Positions 11,914-22,122 of a DNA stretch of 64,000 nt are shown piece after piece (positions within the stretch are counted from its first letter, which is position 1; each line of letters opens with the position of its first letter). Both the position numbers and the translations under genes were made by a program. The notes under the pieces are model-generated. The model worked only from the letters and a program-made list of their open reading frames with translations, was not told the DNA's origin and searched no databases. The DNA comes from Gammaproteobacteria bacterium (lineage in GTDB: Bacteria > Pseudomonadota > Gammaproteobacteria > G965277405). Location of the stretch: positions 1,024,001-1,088,000 of the forward strand of contig OZ255726.1 in the NCBI GenBank assembly GCA_965277405.1, in the 5' to 3' direction.

Positions 11914-13160
11914 AGCAAAGGTTGGTATATGCTCTGTTTTTAGGGTGGAGATACACACGCTCAAAAAGGCGCAATCAGTTCGTTTCGTTTATAGCAATGG
12001 TGTCGATGCTAGGGATTATGCTTGGGGTAAGCGTGTTAATCGTGGTGTTGTCAGTAATGAACGGCTTTGAAAAAGAGCTGAAGAATCGCATTTTAGGTGC
12101 TATTCCTCATGTTAAGATAAGTGCACAGCAACCGTTATCTGCTTGGCGGCTAAAACAACAGAAATTAATAGCAAACAATCATGTATTAGCCGCGGCACCG
12201 CTTACGGAAATTCAAGCGATGTTGGCACATAACGGGCATGTGGCTCCTGCTGTTATCAATGGTATTGCGCCAGCACTTGAAGCACAATTGAATGTTGTCA
12301 GTGGTTTTTTTTTGAAGGGAGCGCTTGCAGATTTAGTGGCTGGGGAATATTCAATAATTCTTGGAGATTTGCTTGCAGCCAAAATTCGCGCCCGTGTCGG
12401 CGACGCAATAACCATGATCTTACCAGAAGCTACGTTGAGTGCGGTCGGTGTTGTGCCGCGGTTAAAACGTTTTCGAGTAACTGGTGTTTTTTCTTTAGGA
12501 GCTGAACTTGACGAGGTGGTCGGGTATATCCATATAGCTGATGCGGCAAAGTTAAAACGCTATAGAGAAGGACAGGTACAGTCGTTGCGTTTACAAGTTG
12601 ATGATATATTTCAGGCAAAAAAAATAAGTATAGAAGCCGTGAATCAGCTACAAGGTAGCTACCGTATTCAAGATTGGACACAGCAATATGGTAATTTATT
12701 CAAATCGATTCAGATGGAAAAGCGTTTGGTTGGCTTATTGCTGTTTTTAATTATTACTGTTGCTGCTTTTAATATGTTATCGACGCTGGTTATGACCGTC
12801 AATGATAAAAAAAGTGACATTGCCATATTACGAACCTACGGCGCACCAATCAGTTTTGTTATTGCGGTATTTGTTGTTCAAGGTACTTTAGTGGGGTTGT
12901 TTGGGGTCGGTGTCGGCGTGGGTTTGGGGCTGGTTGTTGCCAATAATATTAGTGAAGTTGTTGCAGTGATCGAGCAAATATTGCAAATGCAGTTTTTAAG
13001 CACGGAAACATATTTTATTAGTTATTTCCCAAGTGATGTACAAAGCGAAGATGTAATTTATATTGCCGCAGTTTCAATGACGTTATGTGTGTTATCGACA
13101 ATTTATCCCGCAATTCGTGCGGCAAAAGTACAGCCGGTCGAAGCACTGCGTTACGCATAA
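11910..13160 (+). CDS. lolC: Lipoprotein-releasing ABC transporter permease LolC/E
   Basis: LGWRYTRSKRRNQFVSFI, VLSVMNGFEKEL, DIAILRT.GA, TIYPAIRAAKVQPVEALRY; adjacent to lolD. Start GTG 11910 or TTG 11904. Confidence 0.9.
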   Translation: MKQRLVYALFLGWRYTRSKRRNQFVSFIAMVSMLGIMLGVSVLIVVLSVMNGFEKELKNRILGAIPHVKISAQQPLSAWRLKQQKLIANNHVLAAAPLTEIQAMLAHNGHVAPAVINGIAPALEAQLNVVSGFFLKGALADLVAGEYSIILGDLLAAKIRARVGDAITMILPEATLSAVGVVPRLKRFRVTGVFSLGAELDEVVGYIHIADAAKLKRYREGQVQSLRLQVDDIFQAKKISIEAVNQLQGSYRIQDWTQQYGNLFKSIQMEKRLVGLLLFLIITVAAFNMLSTLVMTVNDKKSDIAILRTYGAPISFVIAVFVVQGTLVGLFGVGVGVGLGLVVANNISEVVAVIEQILQMQFLSTETYFISYFPSDVQSEDVIYIAAVSMTLCVLSTIYPAIRAAKVQPVEALRYA

Positions 13161-13852
13161 TGACTATACAAGCTAATAATGTGTGCAAATCATTTATCGT
13201 TGGTGGTGAACAAATACGGGTATTAACAAACACTTGTTTTGTTTTGGAGCGAGGAAAACGCGCCGCAATTATTGGTCGATCTGGTTCAGGAAAATCAACA
13301 TTACTATCATTGTTGGGAGGTTTAGACACATGCGACCAAGGAGAAATTTGGTTAGATGGTCAGCCTCTTCATACGATGGGTCAACGCGCGTTGACGGAGA
13401 TCCGTAATAATAAACTTGGGTTTGTGTATCAAATGCACTATTTATTATCAGATCTGACTGCAGTAGAAAACGTCGCGTTACCGCTATACTTAGCGAAGGA
13501 CACTGTTAAGAATATTGCATCACGGGCGAGTACGATGCTTAAAAAAGTTGGACTATCTCGACGGCTGCAGCATACGCCAGCGCAATTATCTGGCGGTGAG
13601 CGCCAGCGTGTGGCGATTGCGCGGGCATTAGTGAATAATCCAAGTTGTGTGCTACTTGATGAACCAACGGGTAATTTAGACGCACAAGCGGCTGCGGACA
13701 TTGAAGAATTACTTGTTGAATTGACGTTCAGTCAAAACACATCTTTTGTTTTGGTAACACACGATCTACAAATAGCAAAAAGAATGGATGAAGTCCACGA
13801 ACTAAAGCAAGGCGTGTTGACGCAAGTTGCTGTTGATAAAATGAGCAAATAA
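13160..13852 (+). CDS. lolD: Lipoprotein-releasing ABC transporter ATPase
   Basis: GRSGSGKST, LGFVYQMHYLL, LSGGERQRVAIARAL, DEPTGNLD; start taken at the TAATG overlap with lolC. Confidence 0.93.
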   Translation: MTIQANNVCKSFIVGGEQIRVLTNTCFVLERGKRAAIIGRSGSGKSTLLSLLGGLDTCDQGEIWLDGQPLHTMGQRALTEIRNNKLGFVYQMHYLLSDLTAVENVALPLYLAKDTVKNIASRASTMLKKVGLSRRLQHTPAQLSGGERQRVAIARALVNNPSCVLLDEPTGNLDAQAAADIEELLVELTFSQNTSFVLVTHDLQIAKRMDEVHELKQGVLTQVAVDKMSK

Positions 13853-13923
13853 AGGGCGAGTATTCTCGCAATACCAATATTGTCATTCGTCATACAGTCG
13901 CTATGATAGTGGTTGTTTGTATG

Positions 13924-13999
13924 GGGTCGTTAGCTCAGTTGGTAGAGCAGTTGGCTTTTAACCAATTGGTCGCAGGTTCGAATCCTGCACGACCCACCA
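13924..13999 (+). tRNA. tRNA-Lys (anticodon TTT)
   Basis: GGGTCGTTAGCTCAGTTGGTAGAGCAGTTGGCTTTTAACCAATTGGTCGCAGGTTCGAATCCTGCACGACCCACCA: 76 nt, full cloverleaf, encoded CCA. Confidence 0.98.
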
Positions 14000-14023
14000 C
14001 TTAAATTTCACCGATATAACTCC

Positions 14024-15070
14024 ATGGAATTGCGCGCAGATATTATTTCTCGGCGCATTGAACAGCAACTGCAGTATATTTCTCAGGCACCAGTGCGAGG
14101 ATCACTGGCATACCAACAGCAGTTAGAGCAGGAAATTACGACGTTGCTTAAGCAACGAGATGCTGTACTAATAGCGCACTATTATGTTCATGAGAGTCTC
14201 CAAGCACTTGCTGATAAAACGGGTGGGTTTGTTGGTGATTCACTACAAATGGCAAGATTTGGCGCGCAGCATACCGCGTCAACTGTCGTTGTTATAGGGG
14301 TGCGTTTTATGGGAGAAAGCGCAAAAATAATATCTCCAGAGAAGAGTGTTGTAATGCCAACGCTTGCAGCAGAATGTTCGCTTGACATCGGTTGCCAGCC
14401 CGATGAGTTTCGCCAGTGGCGAGCACAATATCCCCAACACAAAGTTGTTGTGTATGCAAACACCTCTGCCGCCGTAAAGGCACAAGCAGACTGGGTTGTT
14501 ACCTCAAGCAATGCGGTGAAAATTATTGAACACCTAGACAGCCTAGGAGAAAAAATAGCATGGGCACCAGACGTAAATTTGGGTAAATACGTCGCCAAGC
14601 AAACAGGAGCAGAAATGGTGCTATGGCCAGGAACATGCGTTGTTCATGATGAGTTTCGCTATCAAGGACTACTACAATTACGTGCTGTTTATCCCGATGC
14701 GGCAATACTTGCACACCCAGAGTCACCTGAAAGCATATTAGAAATTGCAGATTTTGTTGGCTCAACGGCACAAATGATTCAAGCGGCAGTTAGTTTAAAA
14801 CAAACAAAATGTATTGTTGCCACAGATAAAGGAATTTTTTATAAAATGCAGCAACAAGTACCAGATAAACAATTAATAATTGCCCCAACAGCAGGCGAAG
14901 GAGCCACATGTAAAAGCTGTGCGAGTTGCTTGTGGATGCAACTTAATTCACTAGAAAATTTGCAAGCGGTTTTGTGCAGCGATTATGATAATAACAGAAT
15001 AGAGGTTGATGAAGCTATTCGCATTAAAGCATTACTACCACTTACCCGCATGCTGAATTTTGTCGAATAA
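14024..15070 (+). CDS. nadA: Quinolinate synthase
   Basis: [50 protein letters not shown]. Confidence 0.96.
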   Translation: MELRADIISRRIEQQLQYISQAPVRGSLAYQQQLEQEITTLLKQRDAVLIAHYYVHESLQALADKTGGFVGDSLQMARFGAQHTASTVVVIGVRFMGESAKIISPEKSVVMPTLAAECSLDIGCQPDEFRQWRAQYPQHKVVVYANTSAAVKAQADWVVTSSNAVKIIEHLDSLGEKIAWAPDVNLGKYVAKQTGAEMVLWPGTCVVHDEFRYQGLLQLRAVYPDAAILAHPESPESILEIADFVGSTAQMIQAAVSLKQTKCIVATDKGIFYKMQQQVPDKQLIIAPTAGEGATCKSCASCLWMQLNSLENLQAVLCSDYDNNRIEVDEAIRIKALLPLTRMLNFVE

Positions 15071-15111
15071 ACAACGGTATATTTACAACCGACATTGCCA
15101 CATATATAGCT

Positions 15112-15803
15112 ATGGTCGCATCATTAACTAGTCGTCAGAGTTGTTGTTTGTTTATATTAGTTGCGGTGTGCATCCCGTCGCCACATGCCATCGAAGTTGC
15201 GCTAGGATTTGGGGTGTCAGAGAAAAGCAGCAGCGGCTCGGTTTTTTCTGCTATTAGTTCGACAGTTAATTATTCGGTTACGAGTGAAAAATCAGCGGCC
15301 CCTTCAATATCGTTGACTGCAAGTGAGCATTATATTTATCGACGCTTCGGGATGCTTGCAGAGGCGTTTCTTACTAGTTATGATGTAAGCATTCAATCCG
15401 CTAGTGTAACAATAGACGGAGTACCGTTTGCAAGTAACATACAAGGGAGCAATGTGGATACTATTCCAATATTTTATTATCGACTTGGAGATAAGTTTGA
15501 CAAAGGTGCGCGTGGTTGGAAGTTTACCTTGGGTTATGGCTACGGTATCGGCTGGTTAAGTGCCAAAGGACAATGTTTAATCCCTAGCTCCAAAAGACCA
15601 AGCAAAGTACAACCCATATATGTTGCTGGAAATAATGCAAATGTTGCGGTTGGTTATCTTGTTAGGTTAGATATTAGCAGGGTTTTTTTCATATATCTAA
15701 CATAAGCGCCGAGAAAATATTTATTAAAAGCGCAGCAGATCAAAACAATATTAGCATAGTCACTGCGTCGACAGGACACAAAGTAAAATTTAATGTTTTC
15801 TAA
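15112..15803 (+). pseudogene. Hypothetical exported, probably outer-membrane beta-barrel protein, frameshifted at a T7 tract
   Basis: ORF 15112-15705 has a signal-like N-terminus and amphipathic strands (WKFTLGYGYGIGW, VAVGYLVRLDI). Adding one T at 15683-15689 extends it to TAA 15801-15803, ending ...GHKVKFNVF. Confidence 0.5.
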
Positions 15804-18800
15804 TATACACATTGCTCAAAACATTGAGCAGAATTCTTTGTTGTTTATATACATATATGAAGGAATACAGCACCAGCAATTATTAACGTTGCTCGGCGCA
15901 CAACCAATTCAAGTTAAGCAAATTATTGGAGCGGTGATCGTACCGCGACAAGGTTGGCAAACCCCATGGCGCAGTAAAGTAATGGATATTTGCAACGGGT
16001 GTAACATTACTGGCTTACGGGCAATTGAACAGGCGACTGTGGTACAGAATTACCAAAGCGCAACACAGCAATATGATCGAATGAGTCAAGTGGTGCTAAC
16101 TTCGATTGAGGAGCTAGACGATTATTTTGCAACACCAACTGTAACGCCAACAGCAAGTATTGCAGATATAGCCGTGTTCAACAACAACAAACGGATTAGG
16201 CTTAACAGCTAAAGAGGTTGAGTATTTGCAATTACAATATGGAAAACGCCTGCCGACAGCAATTATACCAATTATAGTAACGGCACAGAATCAGCCTACT
16301 ACGATAATGCTGCTGTATTTACAGGCGCAGAGGGTAGGCACTTGCATAGCAATAATTACCATGAATATGTGTTGTCACAGCAAAAAGCACACTTTATTGC
16401 CAAGGTTGAAACCCATAATCATCCAACCGCAATTTCTCCGTTTGCAGGAGCTGCAACTGGAGTTGGAGGAGAACTCCGTGATGAAGGTGCCACAGGCGTT
16501 GGTGGCACACCTGTGATGGGGCTAGCTGGTTTTAATGTGTCACATTTATTACTCGATAATCTGCCAGAGTCATGGGAACAAGACATTGGCAAGCCTGCTA
16601 CAATATGTAGTGCGCAGCGCATCATGCTAGAAGGTCCAATAGGCGCAGCAAATTATAATAATGAGTTTGGCCGCGCCAACACATTGGGCTACTTCCGTGT
16701 GTTGTTATCCAGACACCGTGATCAGTGGTACGGCTATCATAAACCAATTATGCTTGTCGGTGGTATTGGTCACATTCAGGCAAGGCATGTTCATAAATCT
16801 GCAGTTAAGGCAGGTCATGGCTTATTCGTTTTAGGTGGACCAGCGTTACTTATTGGGCTTGGTGGTGGTTCGGCATCATCACGGCTACAACACGAAGCAA
16901 CAGCAGCATTAGATTTTGCCTCTGTGCAACGAGATAATCCAGAAATGCAGCGGCGCTGCCAACAGGTGCTCGCTAGCTGCAGCAGCGCAGCACACAATCC
17001 AATTACGTTTATTCATGATGTCGGCGCTGGCGGCTTATCAAACGCCTTACCTGAATTACTCGCCGATAATAACCTTGGCGGGATTATTAATATTGATGCT
17101 ATTCCTCGTGCTGATGAATCATTATCACTAATGGAGCTGTGGTGTAACGAAGCGCAAGAACGCTATGTGCTATCTATGGCACCAGCACACGAAGAGTTGT
17201 TTTTGCATATTTGTCAACGGGAACGCTGCCCCGTTGCACGCGTTGGCTTTACTACAGCAGATCAGCAGATACGTTTTCAGTCAGCAGCAAAGGATATTGT
17301 AACTACGCCGCTTAATACCTTGTTTGGTTATACAGGCAATGAGCCAATTCAGATGCAGGCTATTTGTAGGCACAATAATCACGAACCGGTGCTAGCTGAC
17401 TTTAATTCGCTAGCAATTAAAGTGCTGCGTCATCCAAGTGTTGCGAGCAAACAATTCTTGATAACCATAGCAGACAGAACAATTGGTGGGCAGATTGTGT
17501 GTGAACAAATGGTTGGTGCATATCAAACACCAATCAACAATGCTGCCGTCTGTCGTGCAGATTGGCAAAGCGATCAAGGTCAAGCTATGGCGATTGGCGA
17601 ACGTCCAGCACTGGCGTTGATCGATGTTGCGGCAGCGATGAGAATGACACTCGCCGAAGTAATTACAAATTTTTCTGGCTGTGATATTGAAAAACTTTCA
17701 GATATTAAACTATCCGCAAACTGGATGGCGGCTATTGGAGTTGATGAAGAAAACACACCGTTATATGAAGGAGTAACAGCAGTTACTGCAGCGTGTAAAG
17801 AACTCAATATTACAATTGCTGTAGGGAAAGACTCGCTGGCAATGAAAAGCCAATGGAAAAAAAACAAAACGCTGCATCAAGTGACATCACCATTGACATT
17901 GGTATTGAGTGGATTTGTACAAATAGCCAATATATATAAATGTGTGCAACCTGTTATAACTGCAGGCCTACCATTGCTGCTGTTGCATTTTGGTCAACAA
18001 CGCCTCGGCGGTAGTATTGCTTTACAGTGCCAAAATGCGCTAGGCAACACGCCACCCGATATACAGGCATTGCAAATCAAGCAATTATTTGCTGTGTGCA
18101 AATTTGCCCGACCGTTTACGCTAGCGTGTCATGACCGCAGCGATGGTGGGGTATGGGCAACACTCTGTGAAATGGCATTTGCTGCCCGACTGGGTATAAC
18201 GATTAGCTGTGCTGGTGATGTTTGCAGATTTTTGTTGAATGAAGAAGTTGGTGTTGTGATACAAATTCAAGCTGACAAACAGGCAGCGTTGCAAAAATTT
18301 GCTGTGGCACAAAATGTATCCGTTACCCAACTAGGGCTGCCAACAACGGCCCATGCTAATATTGTGGTGCGGGCAGATGATGAAGAACACGTGTTTGATG
18401 CTGGTGAATTATTTGCAGATTGGCGCGCAGTTAGTCAGGCAATGGTCAGCAAGAGAGATGATGCAGACATTGCCAAACAAGAACAGCAGCAATTGAATAA
18501 CTGGCAACAAGCTCTTGTTATACAACATGTTGGTTATTCAGCTGCTGCAATTCAAAACAAAATACACAGCACATCATCCAAGCCGCGGGTTGCCATCTTA
18601 CGCGAACAAGGGACGAACGGACATAGAGAAATGGCACTAGCATTTATCCAAGCTGGCTGTATTGCGGTTGATGTGCATATGACTGATTTACAATCTGGCA
18701 GACAAACCCTCGATGCGTTTCAGGGATTGGTTGCCTGTGGTGGGTTTTCGTATGGTGATGTGCTCGGTGCAGGGCGTGGGTGGGCGGCGTCGATTTTGCA

Positions 18801-19350
18801 TGATGTACAACTGCGCGAAATGTTCAAAAGCTTTTTTCATCGACCAACAACCTTAACTCTTGGCGTTTGCAACGGGTGTCAAATGTTGGCACAGTTACGC
18901 TCATGTATTCCAGGCGCCGGTCATTTTCCTGTTTTTAAGCGCAATGCGTCGCAGCAATATGAAGGAAGAACTGCAAATGTACGTATAGCGCATAGCCCAT
19001 CGATTTTACTGCAAGATATGCAAGATACTATTTTACCAGTGCCGGTGGCACACGGCGAAGGGCGGATTACTGTTGCAATACCCAACGCGGTAACCAGCAT
19101 GGTTTGGGCAGATCATAACAGCAAGCAAACGCAGCTATACCCGTATAATCCAAATGGATCAATCCACGGCGTTGCTGGGCTGTGTTCAGAGGATGGACGC
19201 ACCACAATTATGATGCCGCACCCGGAAAGAATGTTTTTAGCGAGTCAGCAAACGTGGTTGGCTCCCCAACAGCGCCAGGAATTTGATAAAAAATTTGCAC
19301 CATGGCTGATGATGTTCGCAAATGCAAAACATTGGTTACAGCAACGATGA
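15793..19350 (+). pseudogene. purL: Phosphoribosylformylglycinamidine synthase (large fused PurL), disrupted near the 5' end
   Basis: N-terminal fragment (VPRQGWQTPWRSKVMDI, YDRMSQ) stops at 16212; GLGLTAKEVEYLQ...RLPT lies in a shifted frame; SAYYDNAAV, KVETHNHPTAISP, HDVGAGG, GKDSL, GGFSYGD, GVCNGCQ, MMPHPER follow in the main ORF. The NSEHCRHKIFNA segment is absent. Confidence 0.85.
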
Positions 19351-20039
19351 CCATCTCACCCCATGATGCTGTATTTGCACGAGTGGCTAAGCTAAGTAAA
19401 GTCGCGCGTAAACAATTTTCTATGAGCTTCCCTACCCCCCATGTTGTTTTTAATTTACGCGGAAAGACAGCAGGACTTGCGTATCCAGACAGGCATGAAA
19501 TTCGTGTCAACCATGAAATGATGGAACTCAATGGCAAAGATTTTGTTAAGACAGTGATAGCACATGAGTTAGCGCACCTCGTTGCATTTCGTAAATATGG
19601 TAGAAACATTCGCCCACACGGAATTCAATGGCAACAAGTAATGCATGTTTTTGGTTGTTCTGCAGATCGCACCCATCACTATGCTATTGCCAGCCAGCGA
19701 CAACAGCGGCGGTATTATTACAAGTGTGGTTGTAAGGGAATGCATACATTATCATGCGTTCGCCATAACAGATCAACAAACGGAGCCAAGTATAGCTGTA
19801 GGAAGTGTAAACAGCTGCTGACGTTTGTCAGCCCCATTGTTGCAAAACCCACAGCGCAGCCAAAAAGTATATCTACATGCTATCAGTGCGGAGCACAGCA
19901 AGAAATGCTGACAACGAAAAGCACTAAGGGCATATCAGAGATATTGTGTGAGCAATGCGCGGCTAAATTGCCAGAGCAGCCAAGCGTAAGCGATGACACA
20001 AATGACGATAGTCCACCCGGTCAGTTGTCATTATTTTGA
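19347..20039 (+). CDS. sprT: SprT-family zinc metalloprotease with extra C-terminal zinc finger and clamp-binding motif
   Basis: FNLRGKTAGLA, HELAH (HExxH), PHGIQW, YKCGC, YSCRKC; extension with CYQC...CEQC and terminal QLSLF; start at the ATGA overlap with purL. Confidence 0.9.
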   Translation: MTISPHDAVFARVAKLSKVARKQFSMSFPTPHVVFNLRGKTAGLAYPDRHEIRVNHEMMELNGKDFVKTVIAHELAHLVAFRKYGRNIRPHGIQWQQVMHVFGCSADRTHHYAIASQRQQRRYYYKCGCKGMHTLSCVRHNRSTNGAKYSCRKCKQLLTFVSPIVAKPTAQPKSISTCYQCGAQQEMLTTKSTKGISEILCEQCAAKLPEQPSVSDDTNDDSPPGQLSLF

Positions 20040-22102
20040 ATCATTCGCAACAATCGATTGCACAGCAATCAATTATGAACTTAACAGGAATTGGTGAAAA
20101 AACAGCAGCTGTATTGGCGGTAATGGGGATTGAGCAAATTCAAGATTTATGGTTTCACTTGCCAATACGTTATCAAAATAAAACGGCAGCCATACCAATA
20201 GCAACTTTAACAATGGATGATGAGTATTTGATACAAGGGGAAGTTGTTAGCAGTAACGCACAGACGAACCGGCGCGTCCAACATGTGCTAGTAATCAAAG
20301 ACACAAGCGCTAGTGCACAGGTTCAGTTTTTTCATATTTCAAGTGCGCAGCGTACGCTGTTTGCAGTCGGTAGGACAATTCGTTGTTTTGGCAAGGTTGG
20401 ATATTTTATACATAGCCAGCCAGTGTTGGTGCATCCAGAGATTGAGATAAGTGAATACACGCCATTACCAGCTAAATTGACGCCAGTATATCCATTAACC
20501 AAAGGCATTACTCAATTTAAAATGCGTAGATATGTGGCACAAGCACTGGCATGGGTCGACGCACACGCACTTGAAGATGTCGTTGGTAAATTCAACCGTA
20601 GCGCAGATACAGACCCCCCTTTGCACCAACATTTACAACAGCTGCATTTTCCTAATGTCATCGATGATATTGATTCAATTGATGCGAAAATACATCCAAG
20701 TGTATTACGCTTGGCATTAGATGAATTGACAGCTCATCAAATTAGAACGAATAGGTTGCGGTGCCAGCAACGCAATAACCAAGCTGTGGCATTTCGTCAA
20801 CATGCAAATATTAAGGAGTGTATCGCAGCACTGCCGTTTTCATTAACTACAGACCAATTGCGAGCATGGCAAAGTATTGCTGCAGATTTATCAAAAACAA
20901 AGCCAATGTGGCGGTTGCTACAAGGTGACGTTGGCAGTGGTAAAACAATAGTAGCAACGTTGGCGTGTATATTGGCTGCGGCAAATACGGCGCAAGCAGT
21001 TATCATGGTGCCAACAGAGATATTAGCCGAGCAGCATTATTTGCGGATACAGCCGCTGTTATGTAAAATGGGGTTTGCTACGGTATTGTTGACTGCGAAT
21101 ATTCCTCGACGTGAGCGGACTATTAAAGCAATAGCCAGCGGGGCGGCGCAATGCGTGATAGGAACGCAGGCATTATTACAACCGCGAGTCAGCTATCATA
21201 AATTGTGTTTGGTGATTATTGATGAACTCCATCGATTTGGTGTTGAGCAGCGCCAACAACTGCTTACCAAAGGCAAGGACGTCACCCCGCATCAACTGAT
21301 TATGAGCGCAACACCGATCCCGCGGACGTTGGCAATGGCACAATTTGGCGATATTACCGTAAGTGAAATTCATCAATTACCACCTGGACGCAAAACAATA
21401 CAAACTGCATTAGTACACCAAAATAAACGCAGGCAAGTGATTGAGCGTAGTCACAAGCTGTGTCAAGGCGGGCAGCAAGTGTTTTGGGTTTGTCCATTGA
21501 TTAGCGAGAATGAAGACCTTAACTGTCAAGCAGCTGAAAAAGTATTTCAAGAATTGTGCGTCAAACTGCGACCATTGCGCGTTGGTTTGCTGCATGGTCA
21601 AATGCAAGCGGCAGCGAAGCAGGCACAAATGACCGCGTTCGTCCAGCATTCAATCGATGTGCTCGTTGCCACCACAGTGATTGAAGTTGGCGTTGATGTG
21701 GCAAATGCGACATTGATGATTATAGAGAACCCTGAGCGACTCGGCTTGTCGCAATTGCATCAGTTGCGCGGGCGGGTTGGTCGTGGAGGTACTGCCAGCA
21801 ATTGTGTATTATTATATGGCAATAGTATCGGAAAAAACGCGAGTGAACGATTACAAATCATGCGAAAAAATTCAGATGGCTTTGCTGTTGCCCGCCATGA
21901 TTTACGCATGCGGGGATTAGGAGACATAGTTGGACGACAACAATCAGGGGTTATTCAAGGTAAAGTAGCAGACTTGCAAATACATAGTCTGCTGATTCGA
22001 AAAGCGGCAACGCTAGCGGTAGCTATGGAACGACAATCACCGTTGAGCGCTGATACATTACTACAACGCTGGTACCACCATAGCGGTTTGCAGCAAAGCT
22101 AG
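20036..22102 (+). CDS. recG: ATP-dependent DNA helicase RecG
   Basis: HLPIRY, RLLQGDVGSGKT, PTEILAEQH, IIDELHRFGV, MSATPIPRTL, QLHQLRGRVGRG. Confidence 0.97.
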   Translation: MNHSQQSIAQQSIMNLTGIGEKTAAVLAVMGIEQIQDLWFHLPIRYQNKTAAIPIATLTMDDEYLIQGEVVSSNAQTNRRVQHVLVIKDTSASAQVQFFHISSAQRTLFAVGRTIRCFGKVGYFIHSQPVLVHPEIEISEYTPLPAKLTPVYPLTKGITQFKMRRYVAQALAWVDAHALEDVVGKFNRSADTDPPLHQHLQQLHFPNVIDDIDSIDAKIHPSVLRLALDELTAHQIRTNRLRCQQRNNQAVAFRQHANIKECIAALPFSLTTDQLRAWQSIAADLSKTKPMWRLLQGDVGSGKTIVATLACILAAANTAQAVIMVPTEILAEQHYLRIQPLLCKMGFATVLLTANIPRRERTIKAIASGAAQCVIGTQALLQPRVSYHKLCLVIIDELHRFGVEQRQQLLTKGKDVTPHQLIMSATPIPRTLAMAQFGDITVSEIHQLPPGRKTIQTALVHQNKRRQVIERSHKLCQGGQQVFWVCPLISENEDLNCQAAEKVFQELCVKLRPLRVGLLHGQMQAAAKQAQMTAFVQHSIDVLVATTVIEVGVDVANATLMIIENPERLGLSQLHQLRGRVGRGGTASNCVLLYGNSIGKNASERLQIMRKNSDGFAVARHDLRMRGLGDIVGRQQSGVIQGKVADLQIHSLLIRKAATLAVAMERQSPLSADTLLQRWYHHSGLQQS

Positions 22103-22122
22103 AGATAACAAGAGGAAATACC

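Noticed and set aside
13924-15803. tRNA-Lys as an island integration site
   Set aside because: No integrase and no repeat of the tRNA 3' end seen. tRNA-Lys next to nadA is a native arrangement.
16176-16260. Programmed frameshift or stop readthrough producing functional PurL
   Set aside because: Recoding could restore the frame but not the missing SEHCRH segment.
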